A DNA stretch of 64,000 bases from the human T2T-CHM13v2.0 reference genome, Homo sapiens. The position numbers and the translations under genes were made by a program. Shown here in pieces: positions 1 to 13,001 of this stretch. The notes beneath the pieces were generated by a model. The model made no database searches. It had not been told where the DNA came from and saw nothing but the letters and a program-made list of their open reading frames with translations. The stretch lies in the NCBI RefSeq assembly GCF_009914755.1, contig NC_060948.1; one strand, written 5' to 3'. Positions within the stretch are counted from its first letter, which is position 1. Every line of letters begins with the position of its first letter.

Positions 1-978
1 TGCTTTTGTAGTTCTTTTAATTGTGATGTTAGGTTGTCACTTTTGGATCTTTCCTGCTTTCTTTTGTGGGCATTTAGTGCTATAAATGTCCCTCTACACA
101 CTGCTTTGAATGTGTCCCAGAGATTCTGGTATGTTGTGTCTTTCTTCTGGTTGGTTTCAAAGAACATCTTTATTTCTGCCTTCATTTCGTTATGTACCCA
201 GTAGTCATTCAGGAGCAGGTTGTTCAGTTTCCATGTAGTTGAGCGGTTTTGAGTGAGTTTCTTAATCCTGAGTTCTAGTTTGATTGCACTGTGGTCTGAG
301 AGACAGTTTGTTATAATTTTTGATCTTTTACATTTGCTGAGGAGTGCTTTACTTCCAAGTATGTGGTCAATTTTGGAATAGGTGTGGTGTGGTGCTGAAA
401 AAACTGTATGTTCTGTTGATTTGCAGTGGAGAGTTCTGTAGATGTCTATTAGGTCCACTTGGTGCAGAGCTGAGTTCAATTCCTGGGTATCCTTGTTGAC
501 TTTCTGTCTCCTTGATCTGTCTAATGTTGACAGTGGGGTGTTAAAGTCTCCCATTATCATTGTGTGGGAGTCTAAGTCTCTTTGTAGGTCACTCAGGGCT
601 AGCCTTATTAATCTGGACTCCTGTATTGAGTACATATATATTTAGGATAGTTAGCTCTTTTTGTTGAATTGATCCCTTTTCCATTATGTAACGGCCTTCT
701 TTGCCTCTTTTGATCTTTGTTGGTTTAAAGTCTGTTTTATCAGAGACTAGGATTACAACCCCTGCCTTTTTTTGTTTTCCATTTGCTTGGTAGATCTTCC
801 TCCATCCTTTTATTTTAAGCCTATGTGTGTCTCTGCACGTGAGATGGGTTTCCTGAATGCAGCACACTGATGGGTGTTGACTCTTTATCCAATTTTCCAG
901 TCTGTGTCTTTTAATTGGAGCATTTAGTCCATTTACATTTAAAGTTAATATTGTTATGTGTGAATTTGATCCTGTCAT
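1..978 (-). pseudogene. Disrupted L1 ORF2 endonuclease region (left copy)
   Basis: ORF2 ATG at 978 with APE-type EN motifs ([14 protein letters not shown]). A frameshift near 615 gives a stop at 589. Confidence 0.9.
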
Positions 979-1041
979 TATGATGTTAGCTGGTTATTTT
1001 GCTTGTTAGTTGATGCAGTTTCTTCCTAGCCTCGATGGTCT

Positions 1042-2058
1042 TTACATTTTGGCATGATTTTGCAGTGGCTGGTACCGGTTGTTCCTTTCCATGTTTAGTG
1101 CTTCCTTCAGCAGCTCTTTTAGGGCAGGCCTGGTGGTGACAAAATCTCTCAGCATTTGCTTCTCTGTAAAATATTTTATTTCTCCTTCACTTATGAAGCT
1201 TAGTTTGGCTGGATATGAAATTCTAGGTTAAAAATTCTTTTCTTTAAGAATGTTGAATATTGGCCCCCACTCTCTTCTGGCTTGTAGAGTTTCTACCGAG
1301 AGATGCACTGTTAGTCTGATGGGTTTCTCTTTGTGGGTATCCCAACCTTTCTCTCTGACTGCCCTTAATATTTTTTCCTTCATTTCAACTTTGGTGAATC
1401 TGACAATTATGTGCCTTGGAGTTTCTCTTCTCGTGGAGTATCTTTGTGATGTTCTCTGTATTTTCTGAATCTGAATGTTGGCCTGCCTTGCTAGTTTGGG
1501 GAAGTTCTCCTGGATAATATCCTGCATAGTGTTTTCCAACTTGGTTCCATTCTCCCCGTCACTTTCCAGTACACCAATCAGAGGTAGATTTGGTCTTTTC
1601 ACATAGTCCCATATTTCTTGAAGGCTTTGTTCATTTCTTTTTATTCTTTTTTCTCTAAACTTCTGTTCTCGCTTCATTTCATTCATTTCATGTTCCATCA
1701 CTGATACCCTTTCTTCCAGTTGATCACATTGGCTCCTGAGGCTTCTGCATTCTTCATGTCATTCTCGAGCCTTAGCTTTCAGCTCCATCAACTCCTTTAA
1801 GTACTTCTCTGTATTGGTTATTCTAGTTATACATTTGTCTAAATTTTTTTCAAAGTTTTCAGCTTCTTTGCCTGTGGTTTGAATTTCCTCCTGTAGCTCA
1901 GAGAAGTTTGATCGTCTGAAGGCTTCTTCTCTCAGTTCATCGAAGTCAGTCTCTGTCTACCTTTGTTCCATTGCTAGTGAGGAGCTGCATTCCTTTGCAG
2001 GAGGAGAGGCATGCGGCTTTTTAGAGTTTCCAGTTTTTCTGCTCTGTTTTTTCCCCAT
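1042..2058 (-). pseudogene. Disrupted L1 ORF1 (left copy)
   Basis: ATG at 2058 (MGKKQSRK context) and terminal TAA at 1042-1044. The longest surviving frame is only 157 aa. Confidence 0.9.
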
Positions 2059-2734
2059 CTTTGTGGTTTTATCTACTTTTCATCTTTGATGATGGTGATA
2101 TACAGATGCGTTTTTGGTGTGGATGTCCTTCCTGAAAATGTACCAAACATTAGAACACATAGGTGGCTATAACATGCAACTGAAAACATAGTATAAAACC
2201 CCAAACCAATGCATGCAACCAAAAATATAGTACAAAATCACAAACCACTGCAAATCCATTCATGTATTCAGTTTTTAGTGTGTGAGGAGGGCTTTACAAA
2301 GACTGTCAGCTACAAACAACTTAATGGTGAAATGTAAGGAATGATATTGTGGTAAGCCATGTGATCTCCTTCAGCTCCTTCTCTCAGTTTCTGAGTGTTA
2401 AGGATGTTGTATTTGAAAGCAGACACTCCTGCTCTTTTACCACACACGAATTCTAGTTAAGCACCTGGTTCCCAGTTGGGAGAAAAATGATGACAATCTC
2501 CTCTGTTTTAAAGACACATGTCAAAGCTACATATCTGTGAATGACAACCTAATCAAAGCCCCTTCTGTTTCCTAATTTTTAAATGCTTACTTTAGGAGGA
2601 AAGATCTTGGTACTCTAAAATAAGCACAACATGCTGACCTACACTGAGATATTTTAAGGTTAAGACATCAATAGAAATATAATTGTAAATCCTAGTGGGC
2701 TTTTCTACCAGTTGTTAAGCAGGTATTCATATTC

Positions 2735-3240
2735 TGTTCATCTTTGAAAATATGTGGTTAGGTGGGCTGACTTTCCTGTCCACCACTCCTGTGGTCAGAA
2801 ATTCACATATAGCTTTTGACTCCCCCAGAACTTACTACTAAGAGCCTACCGTTGACTGGAAGACATACCAATAAGAATACAACAGTCCATTAGGACATAT
2901 TTTGTATGTTATGTAAATTATACACTGTATTCTCACAGTCAAGTAAGCTACAGAAAAGAAAATACTATTAAGAAAATCATAAGGAAGATAAAATATATTC
3001 ACTGTTTATTTAGTGAAAGTGGATCATCATAAGGATTTTTGTCCTCATCTTCACATTGACTATGCTGAGGAGGTGGAGGAAGAGGAGGGTTGGTCTTGCT
3101 GTCTCAGGGGTGGCAGAGACAGAAGACATAGAGGAAGTCTAAGGGAAGGCAGGAGAGGCAGGTCACATGGTGTACTTTTACTAAATAAATCCACATGGAC
3201 CCTCATAGTTCAAACCCGTTTTGTTCAAGGGTGAAGTGTA
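2735..3240 (-). mobile_element. Tigger2a-like DNA transposon
   Basis: Characteristic motifs cttttgactccccc, aagaaaatcataaggaaga and gaggaagaggagggttggtcttgctgtctcagggg; terminal ttcaaacccg...ttgttcaaggg. Confidence 0.75.
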
Positions 3241-3624
3241 CACTGACTCTAAGTAGGGTCCTTTAGCAGCAGGTAATAGACCCTGGCTGTGTTAAGTCAT
3301 ACAGAGCAGGTACTGGAAGCATATGATGTGAACATTTCCTACTATTGGCAGCTGGTAGGAGAACAGGCTTCTAAAACTCAGCTATTTGGCAACAGGTTGG
3401 CCATCCTAGGTCACTGTGGTTGCCACTGTTTCTAAGGTGACATTGACTTTCCTCAACCATTCTCTGTCCCATGGTGGCTTCCTTTTCAGGCACAGGTCAG
3501 GTGATCAGAGTCCATTTTCCAGTGGCATGACACACACCTTAGGTCCTCAGGGATATGTGCCCTTGCTTGTGCCACATAAAGTTGCAATGGTTTCCTTAAC
3601 TATTCCACTAGTGCTGGAATAATC

Positions 3625-3740
3625 ACCATGATTATAAGTCCTCCCCAACCATGTGAAACAGTGAGCTTATTAAACCTCTTTCTTTTTTAAATTTCCCAGT
3701 CTCAGGCATGCCTTTTTCAGCAGTATTGAAATGGATACAC
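3625..3740 (+). mobile_element. THE1/MST LTR 3' fragment
   Basis: ccatgattataag...attaaacctctttc...cccagtctcagg MaLR LTR tail. Confidence 0.7.
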
Positions 3741-4544
3741 AAACGTTTGTTCCTCCAGTCCTGATCAAAGTCTTTAACCATGGGTTGTCTATTTCTCAAA
3801 TTGTTCCTCTCCTATCCTGTGGCACAGATTAGCCTGAGAGCCTGGTTCCTTCAGTTCTAGAGCTACGGGGGCACAGCTAAGTCATGGAAACACCCATGCT
3901 TCATGTTAAGATCATGCCACACATTCTCCATGGCACCTAAATGGTGGCCCTCCATTTTCCATGTTCCTCAATTTACCCAAAGAACCTATCCTCTTCAGTT
4001 TTTCAAGGACATTGACTATTCACCAAAATTATTCCTTATCACTTTCTTAATGACATTGTCTAATTCCAATAAAGTGTCTCATTTCCTTGCACTAAGTAAT
4101 AATTCACATATTAAAAATAAACACAAATACTACAGAGTAATAATAAAATCAAAAGTCTTGATAGATTTTCTAAAAAGAATTTGATTAGAAACTTCCAACA
4201 ATAACTGTCTGAAACCTGTTTTGCATTATAAACTTTTCAGCATTTTATTCAAAGCAATTTTCTTTAATTAAAAACTTAACAGTGTAATCAAAAACACCTT
4301 GATACAAAAATTCAATTTTCCTCTTACTTGGGGGGAGAAAGGGGCTTGTTTCAGTCTCATCAGGTTTGCCAGGGACAATCAGAATAAAAACTCTGAAATT
4401 TAAGCTGTAGGATATTGCTCTACAGGTAAATATACACTATTTTTATAATCTAGGTTTTCTTATCACAGATACAATTACCAATAACATGAAAATCAGTAGG
4501 AAAAATTTAAACTTCAGAAATTACCTCCACCTATACACTAGATT

Positions 4545-4730
4545 AGGGTTTCTCAGCCTTGGTACTGCTGACAGTTGGGGCCATGACTTCTTAGTTTTTG
4601 GGGGCAGTCCAGTGCATTCCAAGACATTTAAAATCATTTCTGGCCTCTACCCACCAGACACCAGCAGCACCACTCAGACGTGATAACCAAAAATGTCTGG
4701 GTATAATATCTTTCCATATGGATAACTACT
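4545..4730 (-). mobile_element. MER20 (hAT-Charlie)
   Basis: gggtttctcagccttggtactgctgac...tggcctctacccaccaga...accaaaaatgtct. Confidence 0.75.
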
Positions 4731-4863
4731 AGACTAGATTAAGGGAATCTGTTTTATGTCAATTATACATTTGGGTACTTAAGTTTTTCTCCACTATTTT
4801 AATATATTTCATTACCTCCATCTTTCTAAGCAAATAAGAGATTTAACTTAATATTGCAGATTA

Positions 4864-5827
4864 GAGCCAAGATGGCTGAATAGGAACAGCTCCGGTCTAC
4901 AGTGTGAGTGACGCAGAAGACGGGTGATTTCTGCACTTCCATCTGAGGTACCGGGTTCATCTCATTAGGGAGTGCCAGACAGTGGGAGCAGGACAGTGGG
5001 TGCAGTGCACCATGCTTGAGCCGAAGCAGGGTGAGGAACTGCCTCACTCAGGAAGCACAAGGGGTCAGGAAGTTCCCTTTCTACTGCACTTTTCCAACGG
5101 GCTTAAAAAACGGCACACCAGGAGATTATATCCCACAACTGGCTCAGAGGGTCTTATGCCCATGGAGTATCGCTGATTGCTAGCACAGCAGTCTGAGATC
5201 AAACTGCAAGGCAGCAGCGAGGCTGGGGGAGAGGCACCCACCATTGCCCAGGCTTGCTTAGGTAAACAAAGCAGCCAGGAAGCTCGAACTGGTTGGAGCC
5301 CACCACAGCTCAAGGAAGCCTGCCTGCCTCTGTAGGCTCCACCTCTGGGGGCAGGGCATGGACAAACAAAAAGACAGCTGTAACCTCTGCAGACTTAAAT
5401 GTCCCTGTCTGACAGCTTTGAAGAGAGCAGTGGTTCTCCCAGCATGCAGCTGGAGATCTGAGAATGGGCAGAATGCCTTCTCAAGTGGGTCCCTGACCCC
5501 TGATCCCCGAGCAGCCTAACTGGGAGGCACCCCCCAGTAGAGGCAGACTGACACCTCACACGGTTGGGTACTCCTCTGAGACAAAACTTCCAGAGGAACG
5601 ATCAGACAGCAGCATTCACGGTTCACAAAAATCTGCTGTTCTGCAGCCACCGCTGCTGATACCCAGGCAAATAGGGTCAGGAGTGGACCTCTAGCAAACT
5701 CCAACAGACCTGCAGCTGAGGGTCCTATCTGTTAGAAGGAAAACTAACAAACAGGAAGGACATCCACACCAAAAACCCATCTGTACATCACCATGGTCAA
5801 AGGCCAAAAGTAGATAAAACCACAAAG
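4864..5827 (+). promoter_or_regulatory. L1 5'UTR internal promoter region with YY1-site core and the ~128-bp segment lost in younger L1s
   Basis: CAAGATGGC at 4868-4876; segment between ACTCC repeats at 5570-5574 and 5698-5702; many CpGs decayed to TpG/CpA. Confidence 0.75.
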
Positions 5828-6843
5828 ATGGGGAAAAAACAGAGCAGAAAAACTGGAAACTCTAAAAAGCAGAGTGCCTCTCCTCCTGCAAAGGAACACA
5901 GCTCCTCACCAGCAATGGAACAAAGCTGGATGGAGAATGACTTTGATGAGTTGAGAGAAGAAGGCTTCAGACGATCAAACTACTCCAAGCTACAGGAGGA
6001 AATTCAAACCACAGGCAAATAAGTTGAAAACTTTGAAAAAAATTTAGACAAATATATAACTAGAATAACTAATACAGAGAAGTGCTTAAAGGAGCTGATG
6101 GAGCTGAAAGCTAAGGCTCGAGAACTACAGGAAGAATGCAGAAGCCTCAGGAGCCGATGTGATCAACTGGAAGAAAGGGTATCAGTGATGGAAGAGGAAA
6201 TGAATGAAATGAAGTGAGAAGGGAAGTATAGAGAAAAAAAGAATAAAAAGAAACGAACAAAGCCTCCAAGAAATATGGGACTATGTGAAAAGACCAAATC
6301 TACGTCTGATTGGTGTACTGGAAAGTGATGGGGAGAATGGAACCAAGTTGGAAAACACTCTGCAGGATATTATCCAGGAGAACTTCCCCAATCTAGCAAG
6401 GCAGGCCAACATTCAGATTCAGGAAATACAGAGAATGCCACAAAGACACTCCTCGAGAAGAGAAACTCCAAGACACATAATTGTCAGATTCACCAAAGTT
6501 GAAATGAAGGAAAAAATGTTAAGGGCAGTCAGAGAGAAAGGTTGGGATACCCACAAAGGGAAGCCCATCAGACTAACAGCGGATCTCTCGGCAGAAACTA
6601 CAAGCCAGAAGAGAGTGGGGGCCAATATTCAACATTCTTAAAGAAAATAATTTTCAACCCAGAATTTCATATCCAGCCAAACTAAGCTTCATAAGTGAAG
6701 GAGAAATAAAATCCTTTACAGAGAAGCAAATGCTGAGAGATTTTGTCACCACCAGGCCTGCCCTAAAAGAGTTCCTGAAGGAAGCACTAAACATGGAAAG
6801 GAACAACTGGTACCAGCTGCTGAAACATCCTGCCAAATTGTAA
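5828..6843 (+). pseudogene. Disrupted L1 ORF1 (right copy)
   Basis: ATG 5828 (MGKKQSRKTGNSK), premature TAA at 6020-6022, further frameshifts, native stop at 6841-6843. Confidence 0.9.
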
Positions 6844-6906
6844 AGACCATCAAGGCTAGGAAGAAACTGCATCAACTAACAAGCAAAATAACCAGCTAAC
6901 ATCATA

Positions 6907-7791
<885 letters not shown>

Positions 7792-8654
7792 TAACCTTTT
7801 TAATCAGGTAATCAAATACATATGTGCACATATTTACTTATATTTATATTACCTGTAATATTTTTGAGGTTTTTATTCCATTTATTTGTTAAAATTCTCA
7901 TGGTACAATTAAATATTTCCACAGTCACCAATGGATCACATTCTGCAGTTTGAAAACATTCTAATGCAAACTTGAACAACACAGACACTGAAATTCTAAA
8001 CTTGTGTTTAAAAGACTTTACAAAAAATATAGCATCTAAAAATAATTAGTACTGTATTTGAAATAATATCCTTTTCTTTCTCCTCTTAACTTTGTCTTAG
8101 ATACATTTTTTAAAACTTTATGACTACTGAGTATCTCATAGAAATAATTTCTACTCTAAAGTATGATTTTTTTTTTCTATTTATATTGTGTTTAACTATG
8201 TGACATACGAGTGCTAGGGCTAAAAAACCATTAGTTTATATATTTCGCCTATATAAAGCCACTAAAATGGTGATAGTAATTTCATGATGAAATTTTTTAA
8301 TCAACTGGTTATATAAACCAAAATGTATTCTTATTTTTTAGCCACATTGTGGACATTCAGATAAAGAAAATATACCTGTAAGTATGCAAAAACTTTATAT
8401 CTAATGTAGGTCACCATCATGTTGCAAAAATAAACATAAAATCAATTGGCTAAACTTGTCCTTGAACATTTAGTATCCCGGACTAATAGTATGGAAATGT
8501 GCAATTTATTTTATTTTCATTTGTTGTTTTTATTTTACATACAATAATACACAATATCTTGTATTTTAAATTGTGTTTGACAATGTCTTCACTATCTGTC
8601 AGTGAAATATAATTAACTTACAGTGAAAAAAAGAATGCATATTGAGTTAGAATT

Positions 8655-8830
8655 TGCTGTCAACATTTTAAAATATTTAAAATATTTTAAATGTTTTAAA
8701 AATATATTAATTTAAAATATTTTAAACTTTTTGTGATTTAAAAATATTTAAATTTAAAATTTAAAATATTGCCAACATTTTAAATGTTTTAAAAATATTT
8801 AAATTTAAAATTTTTAAAAATGTTTTAAAG
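8655..8830. repeat. AT-rich low-complexity quasi-palindromic repeat
   Basis: Reiterated tttaaa/aaatattt units; caacattttaaa occurs at about 8661 and 8773. Confidence 0.8.
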
Positions 8831-9501
8831 ATCTTTCTACAATTTATATTCTATATTGATCTATCATATTTGCTTAGTTGCTACAATTCACTGGTTGGCC
8901 TCCATATCATCTTAAACAGTGCCATTAAATTATTGACTATAGCTGGGAAGATTGAGAGGGTACCAACTTAGTTTTAATTTACATTTTAAAATATCAGTGA
9001 TTTGCAAAATATTTCTATGGATTAGAAAGATCAGAAAGAAGGTATTTAATCATTACTTTCTGGTCTATTCCATAAATATTTATTGTGAATTTGCTTTGTG
9101 CCAGGCAGAATTTGTACTGGATAGTTGATGTGTAGGTGTGAACAAATAAAGCAGGTTCATGACTTCATGGAATATTTGTTGTACTGGGTGAGAAAGCAGT
9201 AACAAGTAAATGAGTCAATAAACAAGGTTCAAAGTGGGAATTTCATTAAATTACAAAAATAAATACAATAGAATAGTCTATTGTGCTATAGACTGATGGG
9301 GAAGATAGCCTCATAAAAAGCAAAGCAGGATTAGTGCCACCCTCCCTCCCAATGGTATCCTTGCATTAATTCAAATAATGATTTTATTTCCTCAAGAGGT
9401 TTATTGCCATTTGCTGGGAAGTTACTCTATTTTTGCTATTGTAATGCACATCTTCAACGACTTTGATATGAATAACACCTGCTCAATCATAAGCAGCTAC
9501 C

Positions 9502-9842
9502 TTTTTTCTTAATTTTTAAATAAGTTTTAGAAACAAGGCCTTGTTCTGTTACTGAAGCTGGAGTGCAGTGGCACTATGCAGTGAATGCATAGCTCATTGT
9601 AACCTTGAATTCCTGAGCTCAAGTGATTCTCCTGCCTCAACCTTCTGAGTGTCTGGGCTTAGAGGGACATGCCACTACACCCAGCTAATTTAATTTTTAA
9701 TTTTTTTAACTTTTATTTTTTGTAGAGACATGGTCTTGCTGTGTTTCCCAGGTTGGTCTTGAACTCCTGGAAGAATTAAAGGGATCCTCCCACCTTGGCC
9801 TTCCAAAGTGCTGAGATTACAGACATGTGCCATGGCTTGGCT
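9502..9842 (-). mobile_element. AluJ
   Basis: Poly(T) head, catagctcattgtaaccttgaattcctgagctcaag (J-type), two arms. Confidence 0.9.
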
Positions 9843-10434
9843 GCTGTTTTGAAGACATTGTTAGAGATATTAGCTCACAGTCATTTTGTCTTGTCTGGTA
9901 GTGGAGGTGCTATAGGGACTGATCTCTAGAAGATTTTCCTTTTGGATTAGTTTAATAAGCTTTTGGCACAAATAATGTAGAATCACAGATAATAAAATTC
10001 ATAATAAATTTTAAATGTATTTTTTGATGTTGTTTGTGAGGATTGTTTGTAATACTCTGGGTGCCATATCAGAGAGATTGACACTATCCCCATACATTTC
10101 TTTTGTAGACAACACACCGCCCTTTTCTGTTTGTATTCAGTCAAAGCAGACTGCCCTTTTGAAAATGCTCATCTTTCAATGTGCATGATAGATTAATAAA
10201 ATAGCTATACTCAAGAATAAAAAGAAGTTTCAATAAAATACCATTCAAAAACTTACAATCAAATGGCTAGGCTTATTCTGGGTCATAAAAAGTGGGAACA
10301 TTCCCATTAAATCAGGGATAAGGCTTGAGTGCCTGACATCCCTGCTATTCCACACAACTGTTCTGCAAGACTTAGAAAATGGAGCAAAAAAGAAAAAGAA
10401 AAACTAATAAAATAAAAAATAGTGGAATCATTAC

Positions 10435-10852
10435 TGTTAGTCCAAACTGCACCATTTTGTAAGTTCCTCGCTATTTTGCAAACCTTGCAAGAATGTGAGT
10501 CCAAACTGCACTTTTATGTAAAAGCTCCCCACTATGGTGCAGACCTTGGTTAAAGTGAAACATTTCACAGGGATTCTAAGCTTTGTAACAGCTTAGAACA
10601 CACATCCTCACACCCTCTAGCAAATACCTCATTTTGCTTAATTCTCCAGTTTTCCCGCATATCCTGCCCTTTAAACTGCACCAATTAATTTACACTCTTT
10701 GAAGCCTAAAAGCTTGTGCACCACTAATTTTTTTCCCACAAGTATAAAAACATCATTTCCATTCTTGGAACATCCCATGGAAAAGTAATCAAAGCCAAAC
10801 AACTGGTTTAACTACATGTATTGCATTTTTCCATTGACGAGGGATCTTGACA
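10435..10852 (+). mobile_element. ERVL-class LTR (LTR42/LTR47-like) with doubled 5' terminus
   Basis: tg(t/g)..gtccaaactgcac...gcagaccttggttaaagtgaaacatt; right boundary uncertain. Confidence 0.55.
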
Positions 10853-11318
10853 TTCTGTAGAATTTTTGCAGTTTATGAACCACGAATCAGTCACAGTATC
10901 TAATATATTTCTTACTTACTTCTCTACAACCTTGCCTACAATGGCTATTATATGAATTTCTAACCCAGTAAACAAATAATGTGAAGAATTAATATTATTT
11001 GTGAAGTTCACTTATTCAAGGTCAATAAAATTCCATTTAGTATGCAGCTTAAGAACTCATGAAGATTTACATACGTTATCTAGTCACATCCATTATCTAG
11101 TCAAATAGAGAGTGAGCAGATTTATTTTTATTATATTTGTATTCACGTATTCAAGAAGTATTGAAGTTGCTAGGGTCTGCATGTGTTAAATAAGACGAAC
11201 AAGGTTCTCATGGAGTTTACATTTTCTGAGTGGTGAGGGTAGGAAGATTTCAGAGGATATAAAATATGAGAAAAGGGAAAAAATCTTAATGGCAGAATTA
11301 TAAGAAAAAATTCTAACA

Positions 11319-11536
11319 TAGTGGTTCTCAAATGGGGCAGTGTCACTCCCTGGGGGATATTTGACAATGTCTGTAGTCATTTTTGGTTTTTATACCTGAA
11401 AGCAGACTACCACCAGCTTCCAGTGGGTAGTAGAGACCAGGGATGCTTCTAAGCATCCTCCAATTCACAGGTTAGCTCCCACCACAAAGAATTATCCAGA
11501 GACAAATGTCAGTAGTGCTGAAGGGGAGAAACTCTG
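11319..11536 (+). mobile_element. MER20
   Basis: tagtggttctcaaatgggg...gacaatgtctgtagtcatttttgg...aaatgtcagtagtgctgaaggggagaaactctg. Confidence 0.85.
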
Positions 11537-11570
11537 CTTTCACACTTGACTTCCATAAATGATGTCTCTC

Positions 11571-11703
11571 TTTTTGTTTTTATTTTTATTTTTATTTTAA
11601 GTTCTTGTGTACATATACATGATGTGCAGGTTTGTTACACAGGCAATCATGTGCCATGGTGGTTTGCTGCACCTATCAACCCATCACCTAGGTATTAAGC
11701 CCC
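11571..11703 (-). mobile_element. Short L1PA 3' end
   Basis: Poly(T) then gatgtgcaggtttgttacac...ggtggtttgctgcacctatcaacccatcacctaggtattaagccc. Confidence 0.85.
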
Positions 11704-13001
11704 TCTCACGCATGCAATATAGATAGTATCACTGCTTTGTTATTTACACTATTCAACTTGAATTTAACAAATACTGTTCAAATGATTCCTTGAAAAGAAT
11801 TATTTTTATTTTATGTTGCTTTCTAGATTTATAAATAAAAACAATATTTATAAGTTTAATTTAAAGAGGCTAAAATAAGCCACATTTTAAAATGTGTAGT
11901 TTAATACATCGACATTAAGTTCAAATCAGTAGTGTTTGCAGAAGCACTTTGAATGTAAAGTAAATATTAGTATTTCAACCAAGGAATGTGCATGCCAGTA
12001 TGTTTTCTTTTTGTCTAGTTTTCTCTCTTTTTAAAATTTGGACTGGATCATCTCATCAAATTCCTGTCAAAATTAATATACATTGAATGATAACAACTGC
12101 ATTTAGTATTGTGGTTGTTATTTGAATTGTTTTAATCATCCTAGGAAAGATTATTAAGAAGACTTTCTATTTTTGTAACAATATGAAACTGGTTTTAATT
12201 TGACTTAGTTTCATCTTTATAGAAATCATATAAAAAATGAGTGTTTCAATCTTTACCTAATTCATATGACTTAAGGAAGTTAAAAATAAGATAAAATAAA
12301 ACAAAAACCTCTAAGATGAAACAAAATTTGATTTCCTCAAATATTTGATACTAAAATATGTCAAGGACAAAATTTGAAAGCACTTGTCAATTAAGATAAA
12401 ATGTCAGTGGAGCTATTCCCATCATGAATATTTATAAGGGGAATGATAAAGAATCCACATGTATTTGAAATGCACTCACAACATGTTTTTTGAAGTACAA
12501 AGATACCAAATTGTTTAGCAAAACTCTGACATCCTTTTTTTTTGGTCATTGACAGAACAAGTCAGCATAAATAAATAAAAATGTAGAGAATTTGAGCAAT
12601 GTGACCAATAATGTTGGTTAATAGATGCAAATTAATCAAAGTGCTCTTTTGGTTTTAGCAAGTGTATACATGTTGGTTCACCATAAAGGAACATGTTAGG
12701 CAATAAATGAAATATACTAAACTTAAAAAAATAATAAAAATTTTGAAAATATTCTTTCACCTGAACAAATGAAAATAAACACACAGGCATAATTTGATAA
12801 TGTTATTGTAACAATAATGTTCCTGCTCCCACCAAAGCAGCAGCAAACTGACAACTGGGAAATTAGCCTCACTCACCCAAATAAGAGGACATTAAGCACC
12901 CTCAGAGAGGAAACACAGAGCCTATTAAACTTTGCCTCTCTCCTTCTTCCCTATCATACTACCCCCAGCCAGTTCCTTCAAAAACACTTATCTGAAATAT
13001 C

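Larger units (their letters stand above)
1..2134 (-). mobile_element. L1PA (L1PA3/4-like) fragment: end of 5'UTR, ORF1 and 5' ORF2; runs off the left edge
   Basis: Minus-strand ORFs 1228..1701 (ORF1p: EIWDYVKRPNL, PRHIIVRFTKVEMKEK) and 589..978 (ORF2p start MTGSNSHITILTLNVNGLNAPIKRHRL). L1 similarity stops abruptly at 2134 (ggatgtccttcctg|aaaatg), inside the 5'UTR. Confidence 0.97.
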
